64,000 nt of DNA from an uncultured Thalassospiraceae bacterium (lineage in GTDB: Bacteria > Pseudomonadota > Alphaproteobacteria > Rhodospirillales > JAPHRK01): assembly GCA_965368165.1 (NCBI GenBank), contig CBDULT010000010.1, positions 8,773 to 72,772 on the forward strand, given 5' to 3'. The position numbers were made by a program, and so were the translations under genes. The notes beneath the pieces are model-generated. The model ran no database searches, was not told the DNA's origin, and was given only the letters and a program-made list of their open reading frames with translations. Below, piece by piece: positions 19,278 to 28,721 of the stretch (positions are counted from its first letter, which is position 1; each line of letters begins with the position of its first letter).

Positions 19278-21173
19278 TTAAACCGTTTCGTTTTGATATT
19301 CTGGAACCATGATTTTAATCAGGCTATCGACCTTATTTTGATCACCCTCCTGACAGGCCTGTTTGAGGTCATCTAATTGTGCGGCCATTTCTTTGACATC
19401 TACTGTGCGCGGAGAAGCCAGCAAAATGCCTTTTGACTCGGTTGCCACCAGTTCCTCTTTCCCGTGGAAAATTTCCTCAAACAGTTTTTCACCTGGACGA
19501 ATGCCGGTGAACTCTATTTTGATATCCTGATCGGGTTTAAGCCCAGCGAGAATGATCATTTGGCGGGCAAGATCGACAATTTTGACGGGCTGGCCCATAT
19601 CAAGTACATAAATCTTGCCGTCTTCATTATGTCCATGGCGACGCAAGGCCGAGGCCTGCAAGACCAGTTCTACCGCTTCGCGAATGGTCATGAAATAACG
19701 AGTCATATCGGGGTGGGTAACCGTGATCGGCCCCCCTGCTTCCAGTTGCTTGCGAAACAGGGGCACCACGGAGCCTGTTGAGCCCAGTACATTGCCAAAT
19801 CGCACCGTAACAAAATGGGTGCCCTCTTTTGCCCCTTCAGCGATATCCAAAGCCTGGCAATATCTTTCCGCCACCCGCTTGGTCGCCCCCATGGCATTGG
19901 TGGGATTAACCGCTTTGTCGGTGGAGATTTGCACCATCGCCGCCACCCCGTGCTCAATTGACAACTCAGCAACATTACGGGTGCCAACAATATTGGTCAT
20001 GGCCCCTTCCATCACGTTATGCTCAACCAAGGGCACATGTTTTAATGCCGCAGCGTGGAAAACGATCTCAGGTTTATAAGTGGCAAATACCCTGGAAAGA
20101 CGGTCTCGGTCACGAACATCAGCAATCACTGACGCTTTTTTCAACTCTGGGTGACGCTGCTCTAGTTCCATATCAATGGCGTAGAGATTGAACTCACCAT
20201 TCTCAACCAGGATAAGTTCATGGGGTTTAAAGTCTGAAACCTGGCGGACCAATTCGCTGCCAATTGAGCCACCGGAACCCGTAATCAACACCCGTTTACC
20301 ACCAATCATCTTACCCATGGCGTCTCGGTCTAAAGTGGCTTGGGGGCGACCCAATAAATCTTCAATGGCAATTGGTCGAACTTCAATTTTGTCAGCAGTC
20401 CCACTTTTGAAATCTGTCAGGCGCGGAAGACGCGCAAGACTAATACCTAGCCGTTCACTATGCTCAAGAGCTGCCCGCGCGGTTGTTCCGTCAAAATCTT
20501 CACGGGTCAGAATCAACCTTTGTGGTCTGTCGCCCTTGCTATCAAGCTTTTCGACAATTTTTTCTAAATCTTGGAACATCCCCAAGACTTCATATCCGCG
20601 AATTTGCCGCCCAACACGTCCGGGGTTAATCCCCACAAGTCCGACAATGCGATAGCTGGTTGAAGAATCTTGGCTTAAGGCACGAATAAACAATTCAGAT
20701 TCGTCGCCCGCCCCCAAAAGCAAAACAGGAATTCGGCGTTGACCATCTCGCTCTTGCTCACGATCCATTACGTGATCTTTAAATCCGCGATAAAGCAATC
20801 TTGGACCCCCCAAGAGGGCCATCAATACAAACCAATTTATAAAGGGAAGGGAACGCGGCATATCTTCTAAACGTGTCCAGGCAAACATTACCAGCGTGGT
20901 AATAATAAGAACCGTCGTCACAGCTTTTGTTATCGCAATAAGATCAGAAACAGAGGCATAACGCCAAACGCCCCGATAGAGCTTCATATAAAGAAAAACC
21001 GCCGCCGAAACGGCGACCAGAACGACCGTTCCTTTAATCAGCAAATCGCCATAATCAACGACCTTGTCCCCAACCCTCAAATAAAGTGCCAAAACAAAGG
21101 AGAGGGCAGCCATCAAAATATCATGGACAAACGCAATCTGCGCACGGCTGGAAAGGGGGAGTTTATTAAGCAT
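19278..21173 (-). CDS. membrane-anchored polysaccharide biosynthesis protein, CapD/PglF/WbpM-like nucleotide-sugar 4,6-dehydratase
   Basis: 631 aa with N-terminal TM helices and a C-terminal SDR domain (ITGSGGSIGSEL). Confidence 0.88.
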   Translation of the reverse strand: MLNKLPLSSRAQIAFVHDILMAALSFVLALYLRVGDKVVDYGDLLIKGTVVLVAVSAAVFLYMKLYRGVWRYASVSDLIAITKAVTTVLIITTLVMFAWTRLEDMPRSLPFINWFVLMALLGGPRLLYRGFKDHVMDREQERDGQRRIPVLLLGAGDESELFIRALSQDSSTSYRIVGLVGINPGRVGRQIRGYEVLGMFQDLEKIVEKLDSKGDRPQRLILTREDFDGTTARAALEHSERLGISLARLPRLTDFKSGTADKIEVRPIAIEDLLGRPQATLDRDAMGKMIGGKRVLITGSGGSIGSELVRQVSDFKPHELILVENGEFNLYAIDMELEQRHPELKKASVIADVRDRDRLSRVFATYKPEIVFHAAALKHVPLVEHNVMEGAMTNIVGTRNVAELSIEHGVAAMVQISTDKAVNPTNAMGATKRVAERYCQALDIAEGAKEGTHFVTVRFGNVLGSTGSVVPLFRKQLEAGGPITVTHPDMTRYFMTIREAVELVLQASALRRHGHNEDGKIYVLDMGQPVKIVDLARQMIILAGLKPDQDIKIEFTGIRPGEKLFEEIFHGKEELVATESKGILLASPRTVDVKEMAAQLDDLKQACQEGDQNKVDSLIKIMVPEYQNETV

Positions 21174-21195
21174 TTAACCTACATATGAAAAAAAG

Positions 21196-22140
21196 CTAAT
21201 GACTGTTCTTATGGGTAATAAACCAATCTGCCGTATCTTTTAACCCCTTTTCGACAGAGTATGGCGGGAGCCAGTTAAGTAATTGATGAATTTTATCAGA
21301 GTTTACCTGAAGAGTGCCCGTTAAGCGGTCAATAATCGCAGATTTCCCCAACATCAAACCCGCAAGCTTTAACAAAGAAAGCGGAAAGGGGAAAAGACGG
21401 TCCGCCCTGCCAAGAGCCGTGGCTGACCGGGTGATGAGGTCTGCTGTTGACAAATCCTCCCCGTCACTGATCAAAAAAGTCTCGCCATTGGCGGCTTCAT
21501 TTTCCAATGCAGAATAAATACCATGGGCCAAATTACCCACATAAATCAAACTCCGGGCATTTTTGACCCCTGCCAAAGGAAGAGGCATCCCTTTATTTGA
21601 GATCTTAAGCAAAGTTTCAAAATTGCCTTTGACCCCTGGGCCATAAACCAGCGGAGGGCGAATGACCACGCCTTGCAAGGCGGTTTGTTCACCCACCTCC
21701 CACAAGGCAAGCTCTGCTTCCCATTTGGATTGTCCGTAAGGGTCTTGAGGATTTGCCGCCATGGTTTCATCAAATGGCATTGCTCCTGTAGCCTCACCAT
21801 TCACCTTAATGGAGCTGACAAAAATGAATTTCTTCACGCCCGCCTCAGCCGCAGACTGTGCCAAATGTTTCGTGCCATGTGTATTCACCTGGCGAAAGGC
21901 TTCAAGAGGGTCGGCAACCATATCATTCATAACATGAACTCGAGCCGCAAGATGGATCACCGCTTCCACATCCTGCAGGGCTGGTGACCAATCGGTTGCC
22001 GGGCCAATTTCACCAATGGTCACAAAGCCCTCTAAAGGTTGACGGGATGCTTTGACCACCTCCCAACCTTGATTTTCCAGCAGGTGGCAGAGGGTTTTCC
22101 CGACAAAACCATTGGCTCCCGTTACAAGAACCTTCGCCAT
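21196..22140 (-). CDS. NAD-dependent sugar epimerase/dehydratase (SDR family)
   Basis: ORF track start is 22212. ATG at 22140 (MAKVLVTGANGFVGK) gives the normal Rossmann N-terminus and a TAATG overlap with the upstream gene. Confidence 0.88.
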   Translation of the reverse strand: MAKVLVTGANGFVGKTLCHLLENQGWEVVKASRQPLEGFVTIGEIGPATDWSPALQDVEAVIHLAARVHVMNDMVADPLEAFRQVNTHGTKHLAQSAAEAGVKKFIFVSSIKVNGEATGAMPFDETMAANPQDPYGQSKWEAELALWEVGEQTALQGVVIRPPLVYGPGVKGNFETLLKISNKGMPLPLAGVKNARSLIYVGNLAHGIYSALENEAANGETFLISDGEDLSTADLITRSATALGRADRLFPFPLSLLKLAGLMLGKSAIIDRLTGTLQVNSDKIHQLLNWLPPYSVEKGLKDTADWFITHKNSH

Positions 22141-23123
22141 TAATCTTTCCCCATAAAGGCAAGCAATCCAGCCACCACAACGCCAGCACCACAGAGGGAA
22201 AGGAGGGGCCAACTCAAGGCCGCCGTAAGAGCAAAACCAATTAAAATGCCATTTGTAGCCAAGATCAGCAAAACCACTTGGTCATGGCGTAATCCGCACT
22301 GGATCGCTTTTTGATAAAAATGCTCTCGATGAGCCTGCCAAACCTTTTCGCCTCGTCTGGCACGATGCCCTAAGGTAAGGGTGGCATCGGCTAAATAGTA
22401 TAAAGCCAAGATCAAAGCTGAGACAAAAAAACCTGATTGGGAGAGGGTGAGAAGCAGCCAACCAAGTAAAAACCCCAGAGGAACGCTGCCCACATCCCCC
22501 ATAAATATCTTCGCCGGGTGCCAGTTCCAAACCAAAAACCCAAGACAGCCCCCAACAATGATCAAAGCAAAAGGCATCATAAAGGCAGGGGCACCCGCCA
22601 TAATGACCAACAAAATGATGCCGATCCCAATCGAGGTGCTTTCAGTTCCGGCGATGCCGTCGATACCGTCCATAAAATTAAAAAGATTGATAAACCAAAC
22701 CCAGCCTAAACCCGCGATGATCATGTCGAGCCAAAAGGGAAGAAAACCGCCAAAAAAAGGCGTGTCTTTTCCCATGACTCCCAAAGAAAGAACGACAGCA
22801 ATTGTCTGAAGCCCAAAGCGAAAGGCTGGAGAAAGATGCCGGATATCATCGACCAGAGAAAATCCAGCCAGCAAAACCGCACTGCCTAAAACAAAGACCA
22901 GCTCTATCGTGCCAAGACCATGAGAAACCCCCAAATAGGCCCAGGTCGGAATGAGAACAGCGATAATTGCTAATCCCCCCCCGTGAGGGGTCGGTATGGT
23001 ATGGCTGCTGCGCTCATTGGGGTGAGCAACCAATCCTCGTTTACGCGCCATCCTTAAGATCAGCCGCGTGCCAAGCGATGTGACAACAAAGGAAAGGAAA
23101 AAGAGGCCAAACAGCCAAAGCAT
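22140..23123 (-). CDS. glycosyltransferase family 4 (MraY/WecA/WbpL-like polyprenyl-phosphate sugar-1-phosphate transferase)
   Basis: 327-aa polytopic membrane protein with the NLFNFMDGIDGIAG motif. Confidence 0.88.
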   Translation of the reverse strand: MLWLFGLFFLSFVVTSLGTRLILRMARKRGLVAHPNERSSHTIPTPHGGGLAIIAVLIPTWAYLGVSHGLGTIELVFVLGSAVLLAGFSLVDDIRHLSPAFRFGLQTIAVVLSLGVMGKDTPFFGGFLPFWLDMIIAGLGWVWFINLFNFMDGIDGIAGTESTSIGIGIILLVIMAGAPAFMMPFALIIVGGCLGFLVWNWHPAKIFMGDVGSVPLGFLLGWLLLTLSQSGFFVSALILALYYLADATLTLGHRARRGEKVWQAHREHFYQKAIQCGLRHDQVVLLILATNGILIGFALTAALSWPLLSLCGAGVVVAGLLAFMGKD

Positions 23124-23124
23124 A

Positions 23125-24741
23125 TCAACCGGTCTCCCGGTGGAATGCCCATTTAACCTTGGCCCCTTCTCTGCTGAGGGGGCCTGAAATTATAATCTGT
23201 TCGCTGCGTCGTAATTCGGTTGCCGTGCCATGATATATGCTTTCCCTAAGAGCGATGGTGCCCCCAGAGGCATAAAAACGCCACCCCCCGGTGCTATGAG
23301 GCAGGCGAAGCAGAACGCCGTTTCCATCACTGGAAATCAACGCCTGGACTTCAGGGTGGAGGTGAAAACTGATTTTAAATTGAGGGAAATCCCCCGAAGA
23401 CGCACGCCTTAAACCGCCGGGATTTTCTGGAATTAAATCATCTTCACCCCGCACCTCATCCCCTTGAGGCGACAGATAGAGTTCCCGCTGATGAAAAACC
23501 CCAAATTGTTTCACATAGGCATCATGGCGCATGACTAAAAGCTGGTGCCCCGCCTCCTCAGTCCTCGTCGCCGTGGTTCCGGGAGACACAACAAGGGCAT
23601 CCTGGCTTTCGAGCATCAAAGTTGAGTGGGCCGCCGTCGACCGCAGGGCCTCTTGCCATTCGGATTCACTATCAGGATGAGCCCCACAATTGACCACCAT
23701 GCGACGTTTCCCGACACTTAACTCAAAGCTCAAAGGCCCGTAATGAGCGGTTTCGGTTGCAATGCCCTTACCGGGTGCCCCCCCATCGGCAATCAATAAG
23801 GTTCGTCCGGCCCGCATTCTTTGGAACCCACTATAAGGAGCTTCATTGATAGGTTTGCCTGAATTATCCGTTGCCGCAATCACCTGGTCCATCCACTCAG
23901 CGTTTTCTTCTGAGCTGCCATTGAACAAACAGAGCTTACCATCTCCATGGCGCAGTGCCTTAAGCAGAGGGGTCATTCGGTCGATGGATTGCTGTAGATT
24001 TTCCGGCACCATTTCATGGGCACTTATCAGCATGGCTTTAACTTCAAGCAATTGGGCCAGAATTTTAGCCTGCAAAGATGGAGAGCGAAGGAAATGCCCG
24101 CCATCCGGAAGAATTTGCACTTCTAAGGCTTTACGCAGCGTTTTTAAGCCCGCCGTCAGGTTTTCTTCCTGGCCTTCAAGGCTCAAGGCACTGGCGATCA
24201 GCCCCCGAATGGCCGGAAAGATTTTATCGTCTTGCAGGGCCATTCCCGTCGCACGGGGCAAATGTCGAGCCTGTTTAACAATCGAAGTCATAAATTCTTC
24301 AATAAAGGTCTCATCCGCACGGGCCGTGAGAAAACGATAATTAAGAATCCAGTTGGTAATCCTGGCCCCGAGAACATGGGGTTGCCAGGGGAGGTCACTC
24401 CAGGTTTTGTTATTTTCAATCCACAGAGAAATCAGCTTACGGGCCCGAAGAGCCGCTTCTTCTGTCTCCATCTCTCTGAGATTTCTAAGCCAGCCAAAAC
24501 TATCTAATCCCTGGCTTTTAATTTCATCAAGGTGCTGTTCTTTCCAGGGGTTTTCGCCTATATAAACCAGCTTTCCTTCTATCAAAAACTCGCCGCGACG
24601 CATGGCGGCTCCGGCTTGGGCATTACCTGTCCAGGGGTCTGTCAGGTTGCGCCTTAATTCCTTTGGAATTCGCCCGCGCAAAGTCAGCTGATAAAGCGGG
24701 CTGCTAAACAGTGCTTCTCTAACTTTTTGCGATACTTTCAT
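23125..24741 (-). CDS. heparinase II/III-like family protein
   Basis: ORF track start is 24888. ATG at 24741 (MKVSQKVREALFSSPLYQLTL..) avoids running up to the upstream gene. The start is uncertain (24786 is also possible). Confidence 0.75.
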   Translation of the reverse strand: MKVSQKVREALFSSPLYQLTLRGRIPKELRRNLTDPWTGNAQAGAAMRRGEFLIEGKLVYIGENPWKEQHLDEIKSQGLDSFGWLRNLREMETEEAALRARKLISLWIENNKTWSDLPWQPHVLGARITNWILNYRFLTARADETFIEEFMTSIVKQARHLPRATGMALQDDKIFPAIRGLIASALSLEGQEENLTAGLKTLRKALEVQILPDGGHFLRSPSLQAKILAQLLEVKAMLISAHEMVPENLQQSIDRMTPLLKALRHGDGKLCLFNGSSEENAEWMDQVIAATDNSGKPINEAPYSGFQRMRAGRTLLIADGGAPGKGIATETAHYGPLSFELSVGKRRMVVNCGAHPDSESEWQEALRSTAAHSTLMLESQDALVVSPGTTATRTEEAGHQLLVMRHDAYVKQFGVFHQRELYLSPQGDEVRGEDDLIPENPGGLRRASSGDFPQFKISFHLHPEVQALISSDGNGVLLRLPHSTGGWRFYASGGTIALRESIYHGTATELRRSEQIIISGPLSREGAKVKWAFHRETG

Positions 24742-24811
24742 GAGGTAACCCGAACCCTTTATGGATATATGTTTTCCTACCAGCATTAGAGTCTTACCGC
24801 AAGCGGATGTA

Positions 24812-25804
24812 TTACGCCCTGTTGATAAAATCCATAGTGGCTTTGAAGACTTGGTCAACCGGAATCGCCGACATAGCTTCGGAACCAAAGGTTTGCGCCT
24901 GAATGACCAGACCTTGCGTCACAAACGGCGCAAATTTTTCCGGGGGAGTGGGACCAAAAAGAGACACTAAGGGGATACCCCCAGCAGCCAGCATATGGCC
25001 TGTGCCACTGTCATTAGCAACGGCGGCCTTAAGGCGTTTGGAGAGGGCAATGGTTAAGAGCGGCGATTGCTTTAAGTCTCGCGCCGTTTCGCTTTGAAGG
25101 GGCAAAAGCACGCCGGGGATGCTGAACTGCTCGACCCAATCATTTTCCGCCGGACCCAACAAAATAACCGGGGTTTTTCCAAGGGCGATAAATTTTTGAG
25201 CCAGCTCAATATATTTTTCCTGGGGCCAACATTTATGTTTGCCTCCAGCTCCGGGAGAAAGACCAATATAGTCCGGACCTTCCGGCAAAAGACCTTTGGC
25301 AGCCTCGGTGAAGGCTGGATCAATTTCCAGCGTACCTTGAGTGACAACCTGCTCCCCCTTGGCTAAATCAACCAACGCCATCATTGCCCGTACCATGGAA
25401 GGAGGTTTGCTGTTTTTTGAGGGCGGTTTAAACGAGGAGAAGAAATAGTTTCCGGCCCCGGAAATAAAAGCGTCATGGGAAATACGCTTGATAATTAAGG
25501 TGGTCAGGGCCCGGCGTTGGGTGTCGATAATCAAATCAAAGTGACGACCTCTCAGGGGCCTGGTGAAGAGTTCGTGAAGGTTGCTGCCAACAGGGGTTTC
25601 GTCGATCACCTCATCAATCAAGCCCGTCACGAGGGGGTTGAGAAACCCACTGAAAACACTTTTACCTTTTCCGGCCAGCCAGGTAATTTTAGCCTGCGGA
25701 TAGGCGGCTCTGAGAGCCCGGATAAAAGGGAGCTTCATCAAACCGTCGCCGACGAGGTCCAGACCGACATAAACCAAAATTGTTTTTGGATTATCGACCG
25801 CCAT
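24812..25804 (-). CDS. glycosyltransferase family 9 (heptosyltransferase-like)
   Basis: 330 aa with GT9 layout (ILVYVGLDLVGDGLM.., ..NDSGTGHMLAAGG). Confidence 0.8.
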   Translation of the reverse strand: MAVDNPKTILVYVGLDLVGDGLMKLPFIRALRAAYPQAKITWLAGKGKSVFSGFLNPLVTGLIDEVIDETPVGSNLHELFTRPLRGRHFDLIIDTQRRALTTLIIKRISHDAFISGAGNYFFSSFKPPSKNSKPPSMVRAMMALVDLAKGEQVVTQGTLEIDPAFTEAAKGLLPEGPDYIGLSPGAGGKHKCWPQEKYIELAQKFIALGKTPVILLGPAENDWVEQFSIPGVLLPLQSETARDLKQSPLLTIALSKRLKAAVANDSGTGHMLAAGGIPLVSLFGPTPPEKFAPFVTQGLVIQAQTFGSEAMSAIPVDQVFKATMDFINRA

Positions 25805-25806
25805 CG

Positions 25807-27102
25807 TTAGTCCTTTTTAAGGCGCGCAATATAGAACCCATCCATGCCGCCTTGATCAGCCATATGACTGGGCAAGGTACGGATATCGCCCTCTTCTGTA
25901 ATGACCTCGGACAGGCCGCCAATTTCTGAGGCCTCAACAGGGACCCGGCTAAAATCTTTGTTGTTTTCCAGGAAAATCTCGATTTGATCCTGACCCTCTT
26001 CCTTTTGCAAAGAACAGGTACAGTAAACCAGGAGACCTCCTGATTTCACCATATGGGCGCAGTTGGTTAAAATGCGTGTCTGAAGATCAACCAATTTTTC
26101 CATGTCTTCCGGACCTTTAAGGCGGGCGACATCGGGGTTGCGGCGCAAGGTACCTGTTGCCGAACAGGGCGCATCAACCAGAACCTTGTCAAACGGTTTA
26201 TCTGTGTGCCACTTGCTGGCATCGGTGGTGACAATCTGCACCTCAAGTTTAAGACGGGTCATGTTTGAGCGTAACCGCAACAGGCGGGCCTTAGAACGAT
26301 CAAGGGCTGTAACTTGAGCCCCTGCAGCAGCCAACTGGGCGGTTTTGCCTCCTGGTGCCGCACAAAGATCGAGGACTTCTTGCCCTTTAACATCGCCAAG
26401 TAACTTCATGGGCAGGGTGGCTGCCGTATCTTGAATCCACCACAGCCCTTCATCAAACCCAGGGAGTTCGGTAATTTTGCCACCACTTTCGCGACGCAAA
26501 GTTCCTGTGGGCAAAACTGTTGCCTCAAGAGCTTCTGCCTGAGCCTGGGGATCGCCTTTCGGCGTAATATCTAACGGTGCTTCGTTCATTTGAGCCGTGA
26601 TAAACTCTCTGGCGACCTCTTCACCATATGTTTCCATCCAGGATTCAAATAGCCAGTCAGGGGTATTGAGCCAAACTTCATCTTGCTCGGCTAACATGAC
26701 TTCGCCTTCACGCCCAACCCGGCGTAAAACACCATTAATTAGCTTTTTATAAGGGGCCTGATCCCGCTCTACGGCCAAATCAACCGAGGTTGACACCGCC
26801 GCATGGGGAGGGGTTTTAAGGAACAAAAGTTGGGCAATACCCAGGCGCAGAATATCCTTGGTGCCCATGGCGCGGCGTTGCAAAGGACGCTCTAAGCATT
26901 GGCTAATAATATCGTCAATTTGGCCTAAGCGACGGATCATCACCGCCACCAGATTACGGGCAAAACCTCGATCACGGGACTCTAAAGAACCCAAATCGGG
27001 ATGTTTTTCAAAAGTATCATCTAAAGGCCGCTTGTGGTGAAGCACTTCAGCGAGAACATCCAGGGCAATCCCCCGGGCAGAGGGTTTTTTCTTTTTACTC
27101 AA
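25807..27102 (-). CDS. rsmB: 16S rRNA (cytosine967-C5)-methyltransferase
   Basis: 431 aa. NusB-like N-terminal domain plus a SAM methyltransferase domain (DLCAAPGGKT, DAPCSATG). Confidence 0.9.
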   Translation of the reverse strand: MSKKKKPSARGIALDVLAEVLHHKRPLDDTFEKHPDLGSLESRDRGFARNLVAVMIRRLGQIDDIISQCLERPLQRRAMGTKDILRLGIAQLLFLKTPPHAAVSTSVDLAVERDQAPYKKLINGVLRRVGREGEVMLAEQDEVWLNTPDWLFESWMETYGEEVAREFITAQMNEAPLDITPKGDPQAQAEALEATVLPTGTLRRESGGKITELPGFDEGLWWIQDTAATLPMKLLGDVKGQEVLDLCAAPGGKTAQLAAAGAQVTALDRSKARLLRLRSNMTRLKLEVQIVTTDASKWHTDKPFDKVLVDAPCSATGTLRRNPDVARLKGPEDMEKLVDLQTRILTNCAHMVKSGGLLVYCTCSLQKEEGQDQIEIFLENNKDFSRVPVEASEIGGLSEVITEEGDIRTLPSHMADQGGMDGFYIARLKKD

Positions 27103-27118
27103 AACGGGCCTTTTTCAC

Positions 27119-27994
27119 CTAACCCCACGGGCCTTGCACTTGTGATTTTGATTGACCAGCAAGTTCACGCAGCCTCTGAATGCGGTTATCCATACTGGGG
27201 TGAGTGGAAAAGAGATTATCCATCGACCGAGCATGGAGCGGATTAACAATAAACATATGGGCAGTGGCCGGATTATCCTCTGCCACTGAATTATCAACCC
27301 TTTTAGCACCTAACTCCAGCTTAGCAAGCGCATCAGCCAACCAAAGGGGCCGTCCACAAATTTCAGCCCCTATACGATCAGCTTCATATTCCCGGGTTCG
27401 CGACACCGCCATCTGCACAATGGAAGCCGCAAGAGGGGCTAAAATCATCATCAAAATAACCCCGACGAAACCCAATGGATTGTTCCGGCTATTGCTGCTG
27501 CCGCCAAAAAACATGGCAAAGTTAGCCAACATTGATAATGCGCCTGCCAAAGTGGCGGTAATGGTCATAATTAAGGTATCACGGTTTTTCACATGGGCCA
27601 GCTCATGGGCCATCACGCCGGCAAGTTCATCCTGACTGAGGATGTTGAGCAGACCTGTGGTTGCAGCCACGGCGGCATTTTCAGGATTACGACCTGTGGC
27701 AAAAGCGTTGGGTTGGGGATTATCCATGATATAGACTTTGGGCATAGGAAGTTCAGCCCGGTAGGCCAATTGCTCAACGATGCCGTAGAACCCCGGAGCT
27801 GAATGTTTATCCACCTGTTTAGCCCCATACATAGACAGGACCATTTTATCAGAATTCCAATAGGCAAAGGCATTCATGCCAAGCGCGATCATCAAAGCAA
27901 TCAACAGGCCTCCCTCACCTCCCAACATAAAGCCCACCGTTAAGAATAGGCCCGTCATGGCGGCTAACAAAACTGCTGTGCGTACATAACTCAT
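27119..27994 (-). CDS. htpX: zinc metalloprotease HtpX
   Basis: 291-aa TM protein with [10 protein letters not shown]. Confidence 0.93.
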   Translation of the reverse strand: MSYVRTAVLLAAMTGLFLTVGFMLGGEGGLLIALMIALGMNAFAYWNSDKMVLSMYGAKQVDKHSAPGFYGIVEQLAYRAELPMPKVYIMDNPQPNAFATGRNPENAAVAATTGLLNILSQDELAGVMAHELAHVKNRDTLIMTITATLAGALSMLANFAMFFGGSSNSRNNPLGFVGVILMMILAPLAASIVQMAVSRTREYEADRIGAEICGRPLWLADALAKLELGAKRVDNSVAEDNPATAHMFIVNPLHARSMDNLFSTHPSMDNRIQRLRELAGQSKSQVQGPWG

Positions 27995-28103
27995 TGGGGT
28001 GTTAAACCTCCCTATCGCTTTAAACCAATCTTCTCATTTAGTAGGGAGATTATAGGCTGCGCGCAAGTTATGAGGAAAAAGAAACCCAACCTAATTTCGA
28101 TAA

Positions 28104-28122
28104 ATGGTTAAATATTAGGCAT
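28104..28122 (+). repeat. 19-bp box A (ATGGTTAAATATTAGGCAT) upstream of glnK
   Basis: Direct read. Matches box B at 15/19 and box C at 15/19. Confidence 0.5.
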
Positions 28123-28132
28123 AATTATATTT

Positions 28133-28151
28133 ATGGTTATTAAATAGGCAT
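28133..28151 (+). repeat. 19-bp box B (ATGGTTATTAAATAGGCAT) upstream of glnK
   Basis: Direct read. Lies 29 bp downstream of box A in the same orientation. Confidence 0.5.
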
Positions 28152-28247
28152 TTCCAAGTATAATTTTCCTCACCTTTTTTTCTTAAATGGTCAGCAAGAG
28201 TTTTTTAACATACTGATAATGCACCATAAAAAAGATTATTGATAAAG

Positions 28248-28264
28248 TTGGCATCCTTCTTGAA
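28248..28264 (+). promoter_or_regulatory. sigma54-like promoter upstream of glnK-amtB (TTGGCAT-N5-TTGA)
   Basis: TTGGCATccTTCTTGAa. The -24 TGGCA element and the spacing fit sigma54, but the -12 element reads TTGA rather than TTGC. 14 of 16 positions are identical to the site at 30245-30260. Confidence 0.45.
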
Positions 28265-28308
28265 ATGCTTTGCTGCGGTGCGGCATAGGGTCGCCTTAAA
28301 ATGGTTAA

Positions 28309-28662
<354 letters not shown>

Positions 28663-28721
28663 TTTTGCGCGACATCACACTCGCAGCAATCAAGCCCTTT
28701 AAAAATTTAGGAGTTCTAGTC

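Noticed and set aside
27995-28100. RpoH (sigma32) or sigma70 promoter for htpX
   Set aside because: A TATAAT exists on the minus strand, but the only CTTG/TTGC element is 6 nt away and the hexamer at the proper -35 distance (TTCCTC) is poor. That is not enough to call a promoter.
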